Below, in pieces: positions 59,801-64,000 of a stretch of DNA of 64,000 bases. Under the pieces are notes generated by a model. That model was not told where the DNA came from and made no database searches. It worked only from the letters and a program-made list of their open reading frames with translations. The stretch lies in contig OU015567.1 in NCBI GenBank assembly GCA_907165135.1, forward strand, positions 7,192,001 through 7,256,000. Direction: 5' to 3'. The position numbers were made by a program, and so were the translations under genes. This DNA is from Oikopleura dioica. Its lineage: Eukaryota; Animalia; Chordata. Numbering within the stretch: the first letter of the stretch is position 1; each line of letters opens with the position of its first letter.

Positions 59801-61883
59801 TGACCAAGACCATTCTTGAGCACGAGGAAACTTTCAAAGAGCTCGACTCTGAAATCAAGCTCCAAACTGAAGCTCGCCATCAAGCCGAGCAAAAAGTGCA
59901 AGATGTCCGTAAAGAAAAGGAAGAATTGCAAGCGCTTGTTCAGCATGAACAGGATCGTTCCGAGGCGTTCCAGCGACGATGCACTGATTTGGAGCAGAGA
60001 CAGATTGAATATAAAATTATGCTCGAATCATCCGAGGGAGATAAAGCGACGATATCACGTGTGTTGACCCAGAATAAGAAGCTAAAGGATGAATTCGAGG
60101 AATTACAGAATCAGCTCGTTCTCGTCACGAATCAGAAAGCAGATATGCTTCAAGATAATGACGGGCTAAGGCATAAATTAAAAGCAGCAGAAGCCGCGAT
60201 TGAAGAATCTCAAGGCGTTCAACTAGATAAAGACCAGTGGAGGTATATTCCTTAGGAAGTGTTTTTCGTAAGTTTTAAAATAAGGGACCAGCTGGAAAGT
60301 CACGAGCAAGCAATCAAAAATCTCCGCGCCGATCTTGACTTGTCCCAGCAAGAAGTCAAAAATACACTTCGGGAAAATGCCGAGCTCCGCGATGCTCTGA
60401 AGACGGCTAGATCTCAAGCAAGACCACCAGTGTCTTCTATGATTTCCGTCGAAACGGTAAAATTCAAATATAATTTCGAACGATTATAAATATTTTCTTC
60501 AAATTTTAAATTAGCTTCCGCTTCCGCGCAGCCGTACAGAATTAGAAGTCTACGTTTTATTTTGTCTGGCTATTTTTTAAAATATTTACATCCGGGTTAA
60601 CTGCGGTCGTGCTGAAGCTAATTTGAAACGAGAAATGAATATATTTTGGTGACACATTCGGTGAACTTTTCTGTCTAGATGACAACTTTTGATGTAAGTA
60701 TGAACGGTGAACAAGGTGATGACTCAAGCTCATACTCGTTTGTTGGTGTGAGCGAACAAGGCTCTAGCCAGGATCTTGGAGAGGACCTGGTCGAGATGCA
60801 TGAATCTGAGCATGCAATCGCTCAGCCGGGCGTGTTCCCTGATGATACTTTGGTGATTCCCATCCTTTTCTATATCATTTTGTTTACAAAAACACTAGGC
60901 GAACATTGAACCGATCAATCAAACGGTCTCTGAAAAGCCAGAGATCATCAACAGATTGGAAGCTCAAATCGAAACGCTGGAAAAAGAGCGCGACGAGCTA
61001 ACCTCCCAACTTGTGGAGGCTAAGCAGAAGCAACTCAAGCTCATGGAAAAGACCGATGCGGCGATGGAAAGACCAGCCCAAGAGGACTACTCTGCTCTCA
61101 AATCAGCGAAAGAAGCGTTGGAAACTAAATTTGTCGATGTATGATTTTGCAGAATTTGTTGTTGACGACTATTTTTATATTTTTAGATCATTCAGCAAAA
61201 TGCTTCAATAAAAGATGAGAACGAGAAGCTTGAGGCCTTGGTTCTTCAATTGAATGCTGAAACGGATACAATTATAGAATATGTTTCTCTATATCGAGAT
61301 CAACGTTCCGCTCTTGCGAGGAAAGACAAAGCTACGGTGGCAATTTTTTTTAATTTCGGAAGAGATACCGGTGAAACTAAGATCTAAAATGAGATCTCAC
61401 TTTCCAGGAGAAGGTTGAAAGAATATTTTAACCTATCTCAATGTCGATCTCTGTATAAATTTTGTCATCGTTGGAAAAGAAAGAAATGAAGAACTTCAAG
61501 CTCTTGCTTTACAAAGACAAGAGGTCCAGGCGAGGGTAAATCAGCTAGAGATGCTGCTCAAGTCTACTGTTCAAAACATCAGGCCTCAAGTCGAAGCTGC
61601 TCAAACGGTAAGAATTAGCTTTATTTTGCTGCTTTTCATTTTGTAATCTTAGATATCCGAGACTAAAAAAGATGAAACTTCTTCCGATGCTGGTTCAACA
61701 GCTCCTGAAGGCGAGATTGAAAGATCAGAAGAAGCTCCTGAGTCTTTAGAACTATCCGAAACAGAGAAAGGAAACATCGATAAAATTCTGACACTTCTGG
61801 ACGAAATTCGAGACCCCTTCCAAGGCCAATCTACTCCCGCAATGATCGGCATGGAGTACGAAGGGCAACTAATGATCGTCTAA
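56895..61883 (+). CDS. GOLGA2: Golgin subfamily A member 2 (GM130)
   Basis: N-terminal RNAKLAAARSKLAKFQ, long coiled coils, LVLQLNAETDTIIEYVSLYRDQR (GM130 C-domain) and a hydrophobic C-terminus LMIV*. Confidence 0.9.
58534..58761 (-). CDS. Possible small ORF nested antisense in the GOLGA2 intron
   Basis: 75-aa ORF with a hydrophobic start inside intron 58439-59764; no homology. Confidence 0.3.
   Translation of the reverse strand: MIILSKVLWLLAHDSYTVYGVYMSDQRYAFVLPVDLRMEIKLALRLQTFEFTDKTILPDLNSLYRQSVGFNRYCH
58995..59249 (+). CDS. Nested small secreted prepropeptide, paralog 1 (84 aa)
   Basis: MNILKLFVLVLSVEG-RGLRRNRR-DLSSQNRMANNMF...; TATTTAAG about 60 bp upstream; lies inside a GOLGA2 intron. 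Confidence 0.7.
   Translation: MNILKLFVLVLSVEGRGLRRNRRDLSSQNRMANNMFLQEVALRNPQKRDQLSYYQMLHSYLSKQQRSKHTVDFLNHVEGQLERL
59441..59735 (+). CDS. Nested small secreted prepropeptide, paralog 2
   Basis: MNPFIYFLLLIECSFA-RGKMSKR-DHAGVNRLSNNIF.... Either unspliced (stop at 59671) or spliced 59644-59710 to end NQLFNKLQG*. Confidence 0.7.
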
Positions 61884-62157
61884 GATACCAGCACCTATCG
61901 CTATTAAAAAATATTATCATAGTCGACTTCATCCAACTTCTGTAATAATATTTTCCCTAATTCTATTTTCTGTAAGAGCTTCTGTTTATATAAATATCTA
62001 CCGGTTTTAAAGCTGCTCCATGCTAGTATCTTACTGTTCTTTTACAGTGTGAAGTGGTAAAATGTGCAATAATATCTTTCAAAGATAGTCCATTCAAAAT
62101 AAAAAAGTAACATTCACAAAAAAAAACAAGGCATTAAATTTTTATTCTTCAGACAGA

Positions 62158-64000
62158 ATGAGCAGATTGCATTATGCGGACTTTAGCGGCACTGAAAGTC
62201 ATCGAAATGTGAACATCGGCAGGCGGCAGAGGAGCGACAAGAATGATTTCTTGAACAAACGGCAGCAGGAGCGCGAGAGAAGGGCTCAGGAACGCAAGAA
62301 TGAGAAATCAGCAGTTGTGATCCAAGCTGCGTGGCGGAGCCTTGTGTCGAGGCGTAGGAGCGTCTTGGATTTTCAGAAGGATTTGTCGCAAATACTGGCC
62401 AGCGCGAGCCTAGGTGCGCGAAATCGGAAAGCTATCTCCCTTTTCCTCCTTTCTTCGAGGTCCGGGCCAGGTGAAGAGCTCGTGACAGCTCTGGTTAATC
62501 ATTTGTCCAGACAACAGGAAGTGACGGGATTCACTTTTCATCAAAATGAAGTGTCGATTCGCTGTCGAACACTTTGTAAAAACATGAAGAAACTTCTCTA
62601 AAAAGAACCTCAAGAGAATCCCGAAATAAGCGATCAGCTCTTTGTCTGATCATTCCATTTCCACCGCCTTCCTGATCATCGAGATCTTGTCTCACGTTAA
62701 ATACCTGTGTGGGCACTGGTAGTCTGATATTAAATTTAATTTTCACTTCTGATTTTCCATCCAGAACATCGGAAATTAATTTCACGATCGAATTGTTGAT
62801 TATCAGTTGAAAGAGAAGCTGCTCCTCGAATTGGCCCTGGATTAAGAGTAGTAGAGAAGCTGATAGCATCTCGCCCAGAATCTATCATTGATGCGATCCA
62901 ATTTGGCATGTTCCGACTTCTAGCGTCAATCCAACTTTTGCTCCTTCCTTCTGACACGACAGATTTAACGCGTTGCCCGCCGCGAGTCGTTGCCATCACT
63001 GATATAATCATGAAGGTCTTGAATTCTGTTGAAAGAAGCCCACGATCAACAATCGGAATAAAATGCTTCCTGCGCGACTACATCGGTTCCACTGGCAATT
63101 CCTTCCTTTCATCACAAGTTGCACTTGCGATCAAGGAAGACTCACGTGTCAGCGAATTCATTTTAAATGCGATTGACAGTTTTGTCACTGAACAGACAAT
63201 CATCGTTTCTTTTTCACAAGGTATTTCAAAAATTTATCATTTGGATGTTAAATAGTGTTGGTTTCAGAAACAAACTCTTTTGGCGATTTTTCAAGAAGGA
63301 AACTCCCCCATTTCAATGATGCTCGTTATGTTCCAGTTTTTCCCGATTCCGAACTTCTTCATTTTCTGTTAATAATCGCCTCCAATGCAGCGCAATCTTC
63401 ACAATCAAATACAGTTCTCAAGTCGATCTGTTGGTGCTCAAAGAGCGCTATTCAGCAGCCGGTCTCTACCGATGCCTTTGAAATGGAAGACGACGATGAT
63501 TGGCTCGACGAGGACGAAGACGAGTTTGATGATGAAAACTCTTTCGTTTCGACGCTCAATCTTCGTGAACAGGAGCTTCGAAACAACCTGGCTTTGTATT
63601 TTGCCACGCTGGACTTTGACGCAATCGATTCGGAGCTCATCGTTGAAGTCGTCAAGTTGATAACGTCTCTCAACGACTCAAGCTTGTACTTGAAAGTTTC
63701 GACAAACACAGGTTTCCTGAAAGCACTCTGGACAAAAATCGAGACCATGGAGAGTCCCCTTGGAGGAAAAGTGGCGGAACGACTGATAGGGTTCCGGCCG
63801 GTGACGGAAGACGACTTTAATGATTTCTCGTCGTTAGTGCATTACTTTTGCAGCACAATCAGGCTTCAGTTAATCGGTAACGAATAGAGATTTTTAACGA
63901 TGATTTTCATGATTTTGTAGCGCTATCCGACGATGAGCTTAGCAACGACAAATTTCTGATTCCAGCTAAATCGTTGACAGAATTTACTTCATTTTTCTGT
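62158..64000 (+). CDS. HECT E3 ubiquitin ligase UBE3B/UBE3C family, N-terminal part (runs off window)
   Basis: DFSG...RNVNIG...K.DFL.K.QQERERR..ERK.EKSAVVIQAAWRS (IQ motif), the typical UBE3B/C N-terminus; the HECT domain is not in the window. Confidence 0.85.

Noticed and set aside
62531-62869. 112-aa minus-strand ORF inside the UBE3 gene
   Set aside because: It overlaps plus-strand UBE3 exons and has no independent gene signals.

Overview
Compact eukaryotic (animal) genomic DNA, most consistent with the appendicularian tunicate Oikopleura. This is inferred from mostly 40-70 nt introns, GA-AG and GC-AG non-canonical introns, same-strand genes about 80-300 bp apart (operon/trans-splicing style) and a CDK1 with an altered PSTAIRE helix. 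Recognisable genes: a bZIP factor, a delta-type protocadherin, GLDC (one apparent 1-nt frameshift), a PhzF/PBLD epimerase, a secreted YHYH protein, head-to-head ATP5PF and ATP5F1E, and two same-strand runs: ANKRD39-CDK1-RPS4-RPS28-USO1-(unknown)-RBM33-like, and EXOC2-(mitochondrial unknown)-GOLGA2-UBE3B/C. Mobile DNA: a 5'-truncated Penelope-like GIY-YIG element with perfect 218-bp inverted pLTRs, each carrying a minimal hammerhead ribozyme; two Mutator/Foldback-like MITEs (9-bp TSD); a hAT MITE (8-bp TSD); a TTAA-flanked element; and a multi-copy MITE family with variable interiors. The most novel-looking items are small secreted prepropeptide-like genes: a paralogous pair nested in a GOLGA2 intron, and a separate 6-Cys peptide. 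Gene models were assembled by eye, so exon boundaries and unknown ORFs are approximate. The region at about 12.3-19 kb is largely unresolved. No rRNA, tRNA or CRISPR was seen.
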